Source: a virus. From it: a stretch of DNA of 64,000 bases. A model generated the notes under the pieces. That model ran no database searches and was not told where the DNA came from. It was given only the letters and a program-made list of their open reading frames with translations. Of this stretch, positions 1-8,424 are shown piece by piece. Location: positions 1 to 64,000 of IMG/VR virus record IMGVR_UViG_3300031344_000005, one strand, 5' to 3'. The position numbers and the translations under genes are program-made. Each line of letters begins with the position of its first letter. Position 1 is the first letter of the stretch.

Positions 1-359
1 ACTTGGACGGGGCGAACTTGGCCAGGGCGAACTTGGCCGGGGCGAACTTGGCCGGGGCGAACTTGGCCGGGGCGAACTTGGACGGGGCGAACTTGGCCAG
101 GGCGAACTTGGCCGGGGCGAACTTGGCCGGGGCGAACTTGGCCGGGGCGAACTTGGACGGGGCGAACTTGGCCAGGGCGTACTTGGCCGGGGCGAACTTG
201 GCCAGGGCGTACTTGGACGGGGCGAACTTGGACGGGGCGTACTTGGCCGGGGCGTACTTGGCCGGGGCGTACTTGGCCGGGGCGAACTTGGACGGGGCGA
301 ACTTGGCCGGGGCGAACTTGGACAGGGCGTACTTGGCCGGGGCGAACTTGGCCAGGGCG
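1..359 (+). repeat. 15-bp tandem repeat GCG(A/T)ACTTGG(C/A)C(G/A)GG
   Basis: Directly visible; encodes the pentapeptide units. Confidence 0.97.
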
Positions 360-434
360 ACGATCCACGAGGGCGCTTCGCTGCCAGCCGGATGGGTTCG
401 CGGCGATTCAGGAATCATCACGAGAAAGCCATGA
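3..434 (+). CDS. Pentapeptide repeat protein (5' end probably truncated by window edge)
   Basis: About 24 tandem A(N/Y)L(A/D)(G/R) repeats, then a short unique C-terminus; frame open from the window start. Confidence 0.9.
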   Translation: MDGANLARANLAGANLAGANLAGANLDGANLARANLAGANLAGANLAGANLDGANLARAYLAGANLARAYLDGANLDGAYLAGAYLAGAYLAGANLDGANLAGANLDRAYLAGANLARATIHEGASLPAGWVRGDSGIITRKP

Positions 435-664
435 GCACCCAACGGACCTATCAACTCAAACACAAGGCGCTTGGTCTTTGCACTCTCTGCCCACGCAGGG
501 CTATCAACAAGTCCCACTGCGCGAAACATCGGGACGCTGCTCTTGCTCTCGCCAGAGCAGCGTTTCGCGCAAAGAACCCGAACGCGAAGACGCGGCAGTG
601 CCATGGGTGTCTTGGTTGGGGGCACAACATTCGGACGTGTACGAAGAAGGGGGCCGTGCGATGA
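431..664 (+). CDS. Small zinc-finger/zinc-knuckle protein
   Basis: ATG overlaps upstream stop (ATGA); CTLC...HC..H and CHGC....H....C motifs. Confidence 0.7.
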   Translation: MSTQRTYQLKHKALGLCTLCPRRAINKSHCAKHRDAALALARAAFRAKNPNAKTRQCHGCLGWGHNIRTCTKKGAVR

Positions 665-1476
665 CGTCTCACGCAAGACACTGCCAAGACCCAGAGTGCG
701 CTAAGCCTGCAACGGCGGAGCGATGGGTAAAAATCGGGGAGCAGGTCAAGGTCAAGGCTGGCCCCGGCGACTGGTCGCCCAAGAGAGGCGTAGTCGTAAG
801 CACCTACGACGTTGGGTTTGTGCCTAAATGCTTCTATGCCTCGGTAAAGGACCTAGGGACCTGGGGGCCATATTACCTCAATGAGCAATTCGGCCTGTGG
901 GACTTCGCCGACGAGCCGACGACGAAATCCACACGTGACGCAACCATTCGGCGTAACACCATCCCAGCCCCGGCGCCCGAACATGCCGATCAGTGCGATG
1001 GTACGGATTGCGACTACGATTACTGTCAGGCGCAAGGGGCGCCCAAGGTGACTGACGGGACGAAGCAGCCGTCCGTGACGTACACCGTGGCAAGCGACGG
1101 CGCCGGCAAGTGCGAGACGAGGATCGACGGCATGACCGAGCGAGAGCGGGGCGCGTGGGAGATGTATTTGGCGGACACCTCGACGAGGAGTGCCGACGAA
1201 CGATGCAGAGAGACGCTGGACGAACTGGCGCGTGTATGGGATAACCATCATGCTGATCTGGTGGGGTGGGCAGAGGCGCAGCGACAGCGCGACGAAGCCA
1301 GCGCCGTGGTCGAGCGTCTGACCAAGGAGCGCGACGAGCTGGCCCGCAAGCTCGAATCAGCTAAGGACGAGGGACGAATGGAGGCGTTTACGGCTGCGTT
1401 GGACAAGTGGAATAACCAAAATTTCAATGGGCGATTCACTGCGGCGTGGCTCCGCGAGAAAGCGGCAGGCAAATGA
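661..1476 (+). CDS. Hypothetical phage protein with C-terminal coiled coil
   Basis: ATGA coupling at 661; long ORF in operon chain. Confidence 0.65.
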   Translation: MTSHARHCQDPECAKPATAERWVKIGEQVKVKAGPGDWSPKRGVVVSTYDVGFVPKCFYASVKDLGTWGPYYLNEQFGLWDFADEPTTKSTRDATIRRNTIPAPAPEHADQCDGTDCDYDYCQAQGAPKVTDGTKQPSVTYTVASDGAGKCETRIDGMTERERGAWEMYLADTSTRSADERCRETLDELARVWDNHHADLVGWAEAQRQRDEASAVVERLTKERDELARKLESAKDEGRMEAFTAALDKWNNQNFNGRFTAAWLREKAAGK

Positions 1477-1967
1477 CCCTTTCAGAAGAACTCCGCGACG
1501 TGCGCGAGAACATCGACCGGGTGTGCAGGGTCGAGGGTGCTTTACGAGTAGCTAATCACGGCAGTGAACGCCGGGAGCTGATGTTCTACGAGCACGAGCG
1601 AGCAACAAATGAACTTCTCGTTCTCCGCGCCCGCGAGCGTGAGTTGATGGCCGGGATGACCGAGCAAGTATCAGTCGAGGCGGCAGCAGACGCGATAGAG
1701 GAAGCCAGCGCCGAAGGCATAGCGCAGGGGCGGCGGGAGCTGGCCGTCAAACTAAGGGGCAGGATCGAAAAGGGAGAATTCAGCGTGGCGAGCTATCTGT
1801 CGGATGCATGTGAAATTTTCGTTCGCGCCGCGAAGGATGTGTGCAGAGATGCTAGGGCCGTGGGCCGGCGAGAACTGGCACGGGAGGCTTTAGCCCGCGG
1901 TGGCGGATCTTCCACCGTTGCGCATGTCTCCATCGTTGAGTTTCTTGCAGCGGAGGCTAACAAGTGA
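1473..1967 (+). CDS. Hypothetical phage protein
   Basis: ATGA coupling; helical E/R/A-rich sequence. Confidence 0.6.
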   Translation: MTLSEELRDVRENIDRVCRVEGALRVANHGSERRELMFYEHERATNELLVLRARERELMAGMTEQVSVEAAADAIEEASAEGIAQGRRELAVKLRGRIEKGEFSVASYLSDACEIFVRAAKDVCRDARAVGRRELAREALARGGGSSTVAHVSIVEFLAAEANK

Positions 1968-2067
1968 GCCGTTCTCTTCTCCGCGAATTCATCCACGACC
2001 ACGCGGCCGCGCTGCTGTTGTTCGCGCTGGTTATGGTGGCGGCGTGCCCGGTGAGGTGCGCGCCGTG

Positions 2068-2505
2068 ATGGACGTCGCCCTTATGCTCCTCAGCTTGTGC
2101 GGTCCCGGCCATGCCGCTCTGGCGCCACTGGTGGCGCGCGAGGCTGCCAGGTACGAGCCCCACCGGCCCGCCGTCTTGGTGGCAATGGCGAGGGTAGAGT
2201 CGACTTGTGACCCCAGCGCAGAGGACGGTCGCGGTGACTACGGCCTGTTACAGATTCGTGTGGGTACACGGGCGGCTCGCGGCCACACAGCCGAAGAACT
2301 CAAACGGCCACGGCTGAACCTACATCTCGGAGCGGCACACCTTGCGGACAGGCTGCGGCTCTGCAACGGTAATCTGCTGTTTGCGCTGTACGTGTACGCG
2401 GGGCGGAAGAAGTGCAGGGATTACGGCGCGGACAAGTACGGGAGGGACTACGCACGACGTGTGCTGAGGTGGACCGAACAGGCAGAACGGGAGGACGAAT
2501 CGTGA
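2068..2505 (+). CDS. Lytic transglycosylase (SLT domain)
   Basis: Catalytic VES motif, GLLQI, NLHLGAAHL, AL..Y motifs; GAGG upstream. Confidence 0.8.
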   Translation: MDVALMLLSLCGPGHAALAPLVAREAARYEPHRPAVLVAMARVESTCDPSAEDGRGDYGLLQIRVGTRAARGHTAEELKRPRLNLHLGAAHLADRLRLCNGNLLFALYVYAGRKKCRDYGADKYGRDYARRVLRWTEQAEREDES

Positions 2506-2687
2506 GCAAAGACGTTCCCATCATGCAGTTGCCTATGGATGAGATGAAAGTGGTCGCAGGGAAGGCTTTTCGTGAGGGGCGCCGTGTTGGCCGCCTAGAA
2601 TTCGCCGAGGAAATCGCGAAGTCTCTCGATGCGCACGACTTGTATGAGGCGGCCAAGTGGGTGCGCGAGAAAGCGGTGGCACCATGA
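2502..2687 (+). CDS. Hypothetical protein
   Basis: GGAGG RBS, GTGA coupling. Confidence 0.55.
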   Translation: MSKDVPIMQLPMDEMKVVAGKAFREGRRVGRLEFAEEIAKSLDAHDLYEAAKWVREKAVAP

Positions 2688-2971
2688 TCGAGTGGGTAAA
2701 ACAGCCAGACACCACGTGCCCGGCCGGGTGGATAGTGAAGGAAGAGCGCGCAATCCTCGGGAGGTTTGCACTGCGCGTGCTCACGGTGGGGCGCGAAGGG
2801 AAGGTGTGGGCTGGAAATTGTCCAGGCGTTTGCATGACAGGCGATTACGACGCCATCGCGAAGGCTAAGGCTGCTTTGCTGAAGTTGGTCCGCAAGGAGC
2901 TGCAAAAAGCGCTGGCCGAGTTGGATGAAACCCCAACGAAAGCGGCGGTGTCCGCGGAAGGGAATCCATGA
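2684..2971 (+). CDS. Hypothetical protein
   Basis: ATGA coupling on both ends. Confidence 0.55.
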   Translation: MIEWVKQPDTTCPAGWIVKEERAILGRFALRVLTVGREGKVWAGNCPGVCMTGDYDAIAKAKAALLKLVRKELQKALAELDETPTKAAVSAEGNP

Positions 2972-3165
2972 CCGACTACGAACGAAAACGTCGCGATGAG
3001 TGCATCAAGCTTCGCGCGTCTGAACAGAGGCTCAAGGAGATGGTGCGCGGGCTGATCCATCAGCGCGACTGTGCCTTGCGGGAACGAGATGCCGCCGTGA
3101 TTCGCGAGGTCACGTGGGCGCTTGCTCACGCGCAGCTTTGCGAGGGGCTGGGAAAGAAGTCGTGA
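2968..3165 (+). CDS. Hypothetical coiled-coil protein
   Basis: ATGA coupling. Confidence 0.55.
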   Translation: MTDYERKRRDECIKLRASEQRLKEMVRGLIHQRDCALRERDAAVIREVTWALAHAQLCEGLGKKS

Positions 3166-3356
3166 GCCTTGCCATGAACCCAGCCATCATCGCCCAACGT
3201 CTGGGTTCACACCACGGGGATGACCCGACCGGATCTCTACGGGCGCGCGTGAAGACCGGATCGCACGTTTTCAAAAGCCTGTCAATACGCTGTGCGAACC
3301 GTGTGAGACCACACCGGAAACGTCGCGCGTTAGAAGTCCATTACGTGAGCGGGCTC

Positions 3357-3384
3357 TTGACAGTTGTGATGGGTTGTGTAATTT
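3357..3384 (+). promoter_or_regulatory. Sigma70-like promoter
   Basis: TTGACA (3357-3362), 16 nt, TAATTT in an AT-rich patch just upstream of the HTH gene. Confidence 0.5.
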
Positions 3385-3399
3385 ATAAACAGACCCGTC

Positions 3400-3615
3400 T
3401 TGAAATGCTTTCGACTTCTGCGGCTCATTCTCGGCATTAGCCAGGAGACCGTGGCCAAGGAGCTGGGCATCACCACTATGGCGCTGAACAACTACGAAGC
3501 GGGCCGGCGGTTCCCGAGCCGCTACTTGTGCAAGAAAATGGACGATGGGTTGATCGAGTTGATTGACCGGCGGGCTCTCGCTGCACTCGCGGAGCGGCGC
3601 AGTGGGAAGGCGTGA
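3400..3615 (+). CDS. XRE/Cro-type helix-turn-helix regulator
   Basis: LR..LGISQETVAKELGITTMALNNYEAGRRFP matches the HTH_XRE pattern. Confidence 0.85.
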   Translation: MKCFRLLRLILGISQETVAKELGITTMALNNYEAGRRFPSRYLCKKMDDGLIELIDRRALAALAERRSGKA

Positions 3616-3619
3616 GGCC

Positions 3620-4378
3620 GTGGCTACATTGGTCACGCGAGCCCAGCGGTCGAGAAGGAAGGGTGCGCCGGACTGCCTGCGCGACTCCAAGACACAGGCT
3701 ATCGCGGATGAGGCGGCCGAGCGGGCGGTAGCGGCCCCGCCGCCGTTGCCCCCCGAAGACGAGCCGGAGGGCGCGACCCTCACACTGGAGCAGGAGCGCG
3801 CGAAGGCGAAGCGCGAGGAAATCGAGAAAGACCCTGGGGTCATGGGCCGGCCATCCGTGCGGCTGTTCCGCATGGTGATGGCGACCGAGTCGCTCAAGGA
3901 CATCTTTGGCAATCCGCTAAAGGACAAGAATGGCCAAGTCTCGACGATGGTGATGGAGGACCAGGTCACCTACGCGGCAGTCGCGGCGGCCGTGAACCCG
4001 GCGCACCCGAAGCAGTTCGAGTTCGCGCAGATGATTTTTCAGTACCTACGCGACAAGCCACGCGAGTCCATCGCGTTGACGGGCGAGAACGGCGGGCCCA
4101 TTCGGTCGGTGGTCGAAGCCGAGTCGCTGACCCCCGAAGAGATGGCGGCGCGATTCGTACGGGCGGCCCGCATCGCCCAGGAGATCATGGCGGCCGAGGC
4201 GGCGCCGCCGAAGGCCATCGAGGCGGTGGAAGTCGGCGCGCAGCCCGCGGTGGCCGTTGTGCCGCAGCCCGGGCAAGTCGCGATCGAGGCCATGCCGGCG
4301 CCCGTGCTGTCCAGTGTTCCGATGCCAGCGGTGCAGCACCCGGCGTTCGTCCAGACGGGCGCGATTCCGAGGAAGTAG
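3620..4378 (+). CDS. Putative terminase small subunit
   Basis: IALTGENGGPI tail motif typical of TerS-like proteins; upstream of TerL; start codon uncertain. Confidence 0.5.
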   Translation: MATLVTRAQRSRRKGAPDCLRDSKTQAIADEAAERAVAAPPPLPPEDEPEGATLTLEQERAKAKREEIEKDPGVMGRPSVRLFRMVMATESLKDIFGNPLKDKNGQVSTMVMEDQVTYAAVAAAVNPAHPKQFEFAQMIFQYLRDKPRESIALTGENGGPIRSVVEAESLTPEEMAARFVRAARIAQEIMAAEAAPPKAIEAVEVGAQPAVAVVPQPGQVAIEAMPAPVLSSVPMPAVQHPAFVQTGAIPRK

Positions 4379-4563
4379 CGTCGGCGCTTGTCCTCACGCT
4401 GGCTGCGTCTTTGGCGGTTCGGGCGGCTCGTGTGGCGTGAAGTGAAACACGGCCATCCCGCGCGGTCCCACGTGGACGACGTACAGCAGCAGGCCCGGCC
4501 ACGTGACTTCGGCCCAGGGGCCGGCCGACCAGGCGGTCATGGCGGCGAGGTCGTGCGGTGGTT

Positions 4564-4803
4564 TTAGTTTGCCTCGCATGTCGGCACTGCCTCCCGCGCG
4601 ACATACCAGCAGCGGTCACGCGCTCGCTTGAACACGCGCCAGCCTGGCCCCATGGATGCGGCTTTGCGTTCGGCCTGAGTTGCGTTGGCGTAGCTAAGAG
4701 GCCAATCGTCGCCGTCTTTGGCGAGCACCATTTGCCCACAGCGCAGGCGGTACATGGAAACGACGGTCACGCGCGCACCTCCTCGAACGTGGCGTCTTCG
4801 CAT
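4564..4803 (-). CDS. Hypothetical protein (start uncertain)
   Basis: ORF chained to the upstream minus-strand gene; GAGG before an internal GTG. Confidence 0.45.
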   Translation of the reverse strand: MRRRHVRGGARVTVVSMYRLRCGQMVLAKDGDDWPLSYANATQAERKAASMGPGWRVFKRARDRCWYVAREAVPTCEAN

Positions 4804-5012
4804 TCCGCCTGCGCCAGTAGGATTCTGGCTCCTGCCATGGCGAGGTATCGCATGGATTCATGGAGCGGATTCGCGATTTCATCGACGCGGCGATCCTGGT
4901 AGACCGCTCCGACGCGCTTCAGTAGCTTTTCGAGTACGCGAAAAATGGCCTTCAATTCGGCCGCCTGCTCCCTGGTCTGCTTTTCTGCTGCGCTTGCGTT
5001 ATTCATGGTCAT
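4767..5012 (-). CDS. Hypothetical protein
   Basis: AAAGGAA RBS before ATG; helical sequence. Confidence 0.6.
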   Translation of the reverse strand: MTMNNASAAEKQTREQAAELKAIFRVLEKLLKRVGAVYQDRRVDEIANPLHESMRYLAMAGARILLAQAECEDATFEEVRA

Positions 5013-5156
5013 TTCCTTTGCAGGTTCGGTGCCAGCTACCCGACAACTTCGGCCATCGTCAGGCCCGGACAGGACCGCGTCTCATGCGTAAGCTTGTATC
5101 CCTGCTGAGTCAGCAGTGCAGCGGCTAGGCTGGCAGTCTCAGCGACAACTGCGTGC

Positions 5157-5357
5157 CTACTTCGTCGGCCGGAATCCCTTGCATTCGCGCTGCACTCCCT
5201 CGATCATGTCGTCCACAATGTGCGGCGCCTCTGCGGTGTGCTGCCCGAGCGTGAGCCCGCAGCGCGCGCAAACGCGGTCCCACTGCCCGTCATAGCTATA
5301 GCGGCCCGAGCTGCGTTCCCTGGTTTGCGTCTGCCGTCCCGTCGTCGAAGTTGCCAT
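5157..5357 (-). CDS. Small Cys/His protein
   Basis: ATG at 5357 lies 13 nt downstream of a sigma54 -12 GC; CARC....H motif. Confidence 0.6.
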   Translation of the reverse strand: MATSTTGRQTQTRERSSGRYSYDGQWDRVCARCGLTLGQHTAEAPHIVDDMIEGVQRECKGFRPTK

Positions 5358-5369
5358 GACTATAGCTAA

Positions 5370-5386
5370 AGCAACGCGCGTGCCAG
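5370..5386 (-). promoter_or_regulatory. Sigma54 (-24/-12) promoter
   Basis: Minus strand CTGGCACGCGCGTTGCT matches TGGCACG-N4-TTGCW; GG-N10-GC. Confidence 0.8.
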
Positions 5387-5426
5387 GCGGACGACCACGC
5401 GGCCAAAGGTCATGACGCAGGCCAGT

Positions 5427-5550
5427 CTCAGGAATCTGAGGCGGTTTCTGGCTACACCGCGCAATGAAATCGAGAAAGGCTAACACTTGCGCGCAGTTAG
5501 CAGTCTCAGAAATCTGAGGATGAGCAACGCGCTAACCTCAGAAATCTGAG
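5427..5550. repeat. Three copies of palindrome CTCAG(G/A)AATCTGAG, putative activator/operator sites
   Basis: Copies at 5427-5440, 5505-5518 and 5537-5550 between divergent sigma54 promoters. Confidence 0.8.
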
Positions 5551-5602
5551 AGTGGACGGTGCGGCAATTGGCGCCAGTCCACGGCCAAGCGGCGCGCATG
5601 GC

Positions 5603-5619
5603 CTGGCATGGCGCCTGCA
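5603..5619 (+). promoter_or_regulatory. Sigma54 promoter
   Basis: CTGGCATGGCGCCTGCA, GG-N10-GC, ATG 13 nt after GC. Confidence 0.75.
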
Positions 5620-5631
5620 ATAGGTCCAGGT

Positions 5632-5949
5632 ATGTCAAATCAAATCGCCCAGACCATTGCAGACCAGATCGGACGCCGCGCCATGGTGATGATCGGCGCC
5701 AAGGACCTGCTTGCCGGTGACAACTACCTCAGCATGCACGTCGGACGCGGCCCGCGCGGCGCTACGCACGTGCGCGTGGTTCTGGAGCCCGACGACACGT
5801 ACACGGTTGAAAGCATCGCCTGCCGGCACGTGCGGCACAACGGTATCCCCGAGCTAACCCGCAAGGTCATCGCCAGCACCTCGGACATCTACGCCGAGCA
5901 ACTGTGCCAGGCGATTGAAACCGTGACCGGACTCTACACCAGCCTGTAG
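5632..5949 (+). CDS. Hypothetical phage protein
   Basis: Follows a sigma54 motif; IAQTIADQIG...DDTYTV...IETVTGLYTSL resembles small phage early proteins. Confidence 0.7.
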   Translation: MSNQIAQTIADQIGRRAMVMIGAKDLLAGDNYLSMHVGRGPRGATHVRVVLEPDDTYTVESIACRHVRHNGIPELTRKVIASTSDIYAEQLCQAIETVTGLYTSL

Positions 5950-5963
5950 GCACGCAACCTGCA
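5947..5963 (+). promoter_or_regulatory. Sigma54 promoter
   Basis: TAGGCACGCAACCTGCA, GG-N10-GC, ATG 14 nt after GC. Confidence 0.65.
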
Positions 5964-5976
5964 AGGACTTAGGATC

Positions 5977-6489
5977 ATGACCACCACATTCAACCCCGGA
6001 CAGACCTACAGCGCCAGCATGATCTGTGACCACAATTGCATTGTGTCAATTACGGTTGCGAAACGCACTGCGAAATTTCTGACCACGACCGACGGCAAGC
6101 GCCTCGGCATTTCGGTCTATGACGACGCTGAGCAGATCTACCCTGACGGACACTACAGCATGTGTACGGTCATCAGCGCTACCGCGCCGGCGGTTATCCT
6201 GACTGACTGGCAGCGTGCCGCTCAGCGCAAGACCGAAGTCGAGGCAGCCAAGGCAAGCGCGCCAGTGGTCACGCCGTCAATCACGCCAGCGCTTCGCCTT
6301 GCGGTTGAGGCTGGCTTTGTGAGCCGGTGCTCAATCGTCCCTGTCAAGTGCTCGTGTGGTCACACCATGCTGCGCCTTATGCGCGATACCACGCGGACCA
6401 CGTCAAGCTGTCCCTGCGAAGTGTGCCGCGGCGACCTGACCCAAGCCGACGCCGACGCGCATAACCTGGAGGTGCTGAGGCACGGCTGA
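5977..6489 (+). CDS. Hypothetical protein with C-terminal zinc ribbon
   Basis: CSCG...CPCEVC; follows a sigma54 motif. Confidence 0.65.
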   Translation: MTTTFNPGQTYSASMICDHNCIVSITVAKRTAKFLTTTDGKRLGISVYDDAEQIYPDGHYSMCTVISATAPAVILTDWQRAAQRKTEVEAAKASAPVVTPSITPALRLAVEAGFVSRCSIVPVKCSCGHTMLRLMRDTTRTTSSCPCEVCRGDLTQADADAHNLEVLRHG

Positions 6490-6519
6490 CCCCTGCCACG
6501 CCGGCAGAGTGAGACGGAT

Positions 6520-6536
6520 TAGGCACAAGACGTGCG
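6520..6536 (+). promoter_or_regulatory. Sigma54-like promoter
   Basis: TAGGCACAAGACGTGCG, GG-N10-GC, upstream of the ASCH gene. Confidence 0.55.
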
Positions 6537-6552
6537 ATGGAATAGGAAGCAA

Positions 6553-7029
6553 ATGGAAACAACAATCCGACAGTTTGGCCGACCGTGGATGGCTGTAACC
6601 ATGAAGTGCCTAAGCGTGCGGCAGCCGTGGGCCTGGGCCATCATCCACGCGGGCAAGGATGTGGAAAATCGCACATGGGCGACTAGCTATCGCGGGTTGC
6701 TGGCGATTCACGCCGGCAAGGGCTGCACGCGCGCCGAATATGACGCCGCCGCCGTCGAGATAGAGCGGATCACTGGCAGGCGTCCGCCGCCGCTGTCCGA
6801 GTTGCCGCGCGGTTGTGTGGTCGGCATGGTGGAGATGAACGACTGCGTAACCAGCGGAGAGACCGAAAACGACTGGGCACAGGACGGCTACTGCTGGTGG
6901 ATGCTCACCAATGCGCGGGCGTGCAACCCCGCAGTCACGCGTGGTCATCTAGGGCTGTTTGAGGTAACCACGGAGCTTCTCTTCCCCAACGTAGCGGTCA
7001 TCGCGGGCGCAGCCGAGACTTTCGGCTAG
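6553..7029 (+). CDS. ASCH domain protein (start 6553 or 6601)
   Basis: LSVRQPWAWAI..GKDVENRTW...YRG.LAIHA ASCH signature. Confidence 0.88.
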   Translation: METTIRQFGRPWMAVTMKCLSVRQPWAWAIIHAGKDVENRTWATSYRGLLAIHAGKGCTRAEYDAAAVEIERITGRRPPPLSELPRGCVVGMVEMNDCVTSGETENDWAQDGYCWWMLTNARACNPAVTRGHLGLFEVTTELLFPNVAVIAGAAETFG

Positions 7030-7686
7030 CCGCTCGCGCGCCTCGCGACTTTCGCAGATTACAACCAAGTAGCGTTCCGTATCTTCGGCGGTCGCGTCGG
7101 CATGGCCCTTGGCGCGCATCTGTTGGCGAGCCTCTTTCGCCTTCGCTTCCGCGACGGCTCGTTCTTCAGGCGTTGGCTCTGGCTTCTTTCGAGTGGCGGC
7201 GATGTCTTGCAACTCCCCGATGGCGTTTTGCATTTCGGGAGCCTGCGATTCCAGGGAAAAGAGTCCTGTCCCGTCGAACATGATCTCCAGTTCCGTCACG
7301 TCGAAGCCTGTCTGATCTAGGTTAAGTTCTGGCAGCATGGGGGCCAACAAGGCGAGATCCCACTCTCCCATGGCTGCGGCGTTGTTCAGAAAGAGCCCCT
7401 GCTCTTTCTCTTGCTTCTCGGTTAGGTTGACCACCGAAACATCTAGCATGTAGTCCGTCGATCCCTCCAGTGCGTCGAGGCACGCAAGGCGTTGGTGGCC
7501 ACCGACAAGGTGGCCCGTCTTCTGGTTGAAGATGACCGGCTCAAGCATCCCAACGCGCTTGAGGTTGGCCTGGAGCTTTTTCTTTGCGTGAGGGGAAATC
7601 TTGCGCGGGTTGACCGGAAGGCCCACGATGGAATCGCGCGAGACTCTCTCAACCTTGAACTTCTGAAACTTGGTCAGGTCGCTCAT
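6949..7686 (-). CDS. ParB N-terminal (ParB/Sulfiredoxin-like) domain protein
   Basis: NPRKI...L..NLKRVG.LEPVIFN..TGHLVGGHQRL motif; GGAGG RBS. Confidence 0.85.
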   Translation of the reverse strand: MSDLTKFQKFKVERVSRDSIVGLPVNPRKISPHAKKKLQANLKRVGMLEPVIFNQKTGHLVGGHQRLACLDALEGSTDYMLDVSVVNLTEKQEKEQGLFLNNAAAMGEWDLALLAPMLPELNLDQTGFDVTELEIMFDGTGLFSLESQAPEMQNAIGELQDIAATRKKPEPTPEERAVAEAKAKEARQQMRAKGHADATAEDTERYLVVICESREARERLAESLGCARDDRYVGEEKLRGYLKQP

Positions 7687-8359
7687 GGATCATGGCCTCC
7701 GCAAAGGGGAACGAGCGAAGAAGGGTTTGCCAGTCCTCGGAGTGGTTGCATTTCAGCCAACGCAGACACGGGGTGATGAGGGCGAATCCTCCCATGCGTG
7801 AGTTCTCGTCGCCAAAGCGGATTGGCGTAGGAATCTTGCGTGCCCGCATGTAGCCGAACACATCGGCATCGACCCAGTCCCAGATGGGCGCCACTTTTCC
7901 CCCCTCGGCTCCGCGGTCATGGATGCCGTCGACCTTGCGATGATGCAGCCGCCTCGTCATGGAGTCGGTTGCACGTTCGCCGTAGGCGAACCAGGAGATG
8001 CCCGTCTTCTTGGTCAGGTAGTGCTCCACGTCCCGCAGCTTCAGCTCGGGTAACTTCTCGGCCGCATCTACATGTGGCCGGAGCACGGCATACTTGGCGA
8101 TGCGAGCGAGATCCCAGTGCGGGACGAAGTGCAGCGGAACATTCGCGCGTTTGGCCGCTTGCTCGACTTGGTCCTCTACGCAGCGGAGACCCCGACACAA
8201 ATACATGAAGTAGGCTTCGACATGAGAGAAGGCACGGCAGCAAATATCCAACGTGACCAGGCTGTCCTTGCCGCCCGATAGCCCAACAAGAAGCGAGCCG
8301 CCCGACATCTGAGATGCACGGGCGGCTCGCTCTGAAGCTGTCGCCAGCTTCGATGGCAT
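7649..8359 (-). CDS. PAPS-reductase-like PP-loop (adenine nucleotide alpha hydrolase) enzyme
   Basis: SGGKDS PP-loop, YGERATDS..RR, PIWDW motifs. Confidence 0.85.
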   Translation of the reverse strand: MPSKLATASERAARASQMSGGSLLVGLSGGKDSLVTLDICCRAFSHVEAYFMYLCRGLRCVEDQVEQAAKRANVPLHFVPHWDLARIAKYAVLRPHVDAAEKLPELKLRDVEHYLTKKTGISWFAYGERATDSMTRRLHHRKVDGIHDRGAEGGKVAPIWDWVDADVFGYMRARKIPTPIRFGDENSRMGGFALITPCLRWLKCNHSEDWQTLLRSFPFAEAMIHERPDQVSEVQG

Positions 8360-8361
8360 TG

Positions 8362-8424
8362 CTAGACGCGGCCCGAACCGCCGCCGCCTTTGCCCTTCTT
8401 GCCCTTCGCTGCTTTCTTTGCCAT
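8362..8424 (-). CDS. 20-aa Lys/Gly-rich peptide MAKKAAKGKKGKGGGGSGRV
   Basis: AGGAG RBS 6 nt before ATG; TAG stop 2 nt before the PP-loop ATG; below ORF-track cutoff. Confidence 0.7.
   Translation of the reverse strand: MAKKAAKGKKGKGGGGSGRV

Noticed and set aside
6949-7686. Plasmid-type ParABS partition system
   Set aside because: No ParA in the window and no evident HTH; ParB-N near terminase is a known phage context
7649-8359. cysH sulfate assimilation gene or Dnd phosphorothioation system
   Set aside because: No C-terminal ECGLH motif and no other cys or dnd genes; only the PP-loop fold is supported
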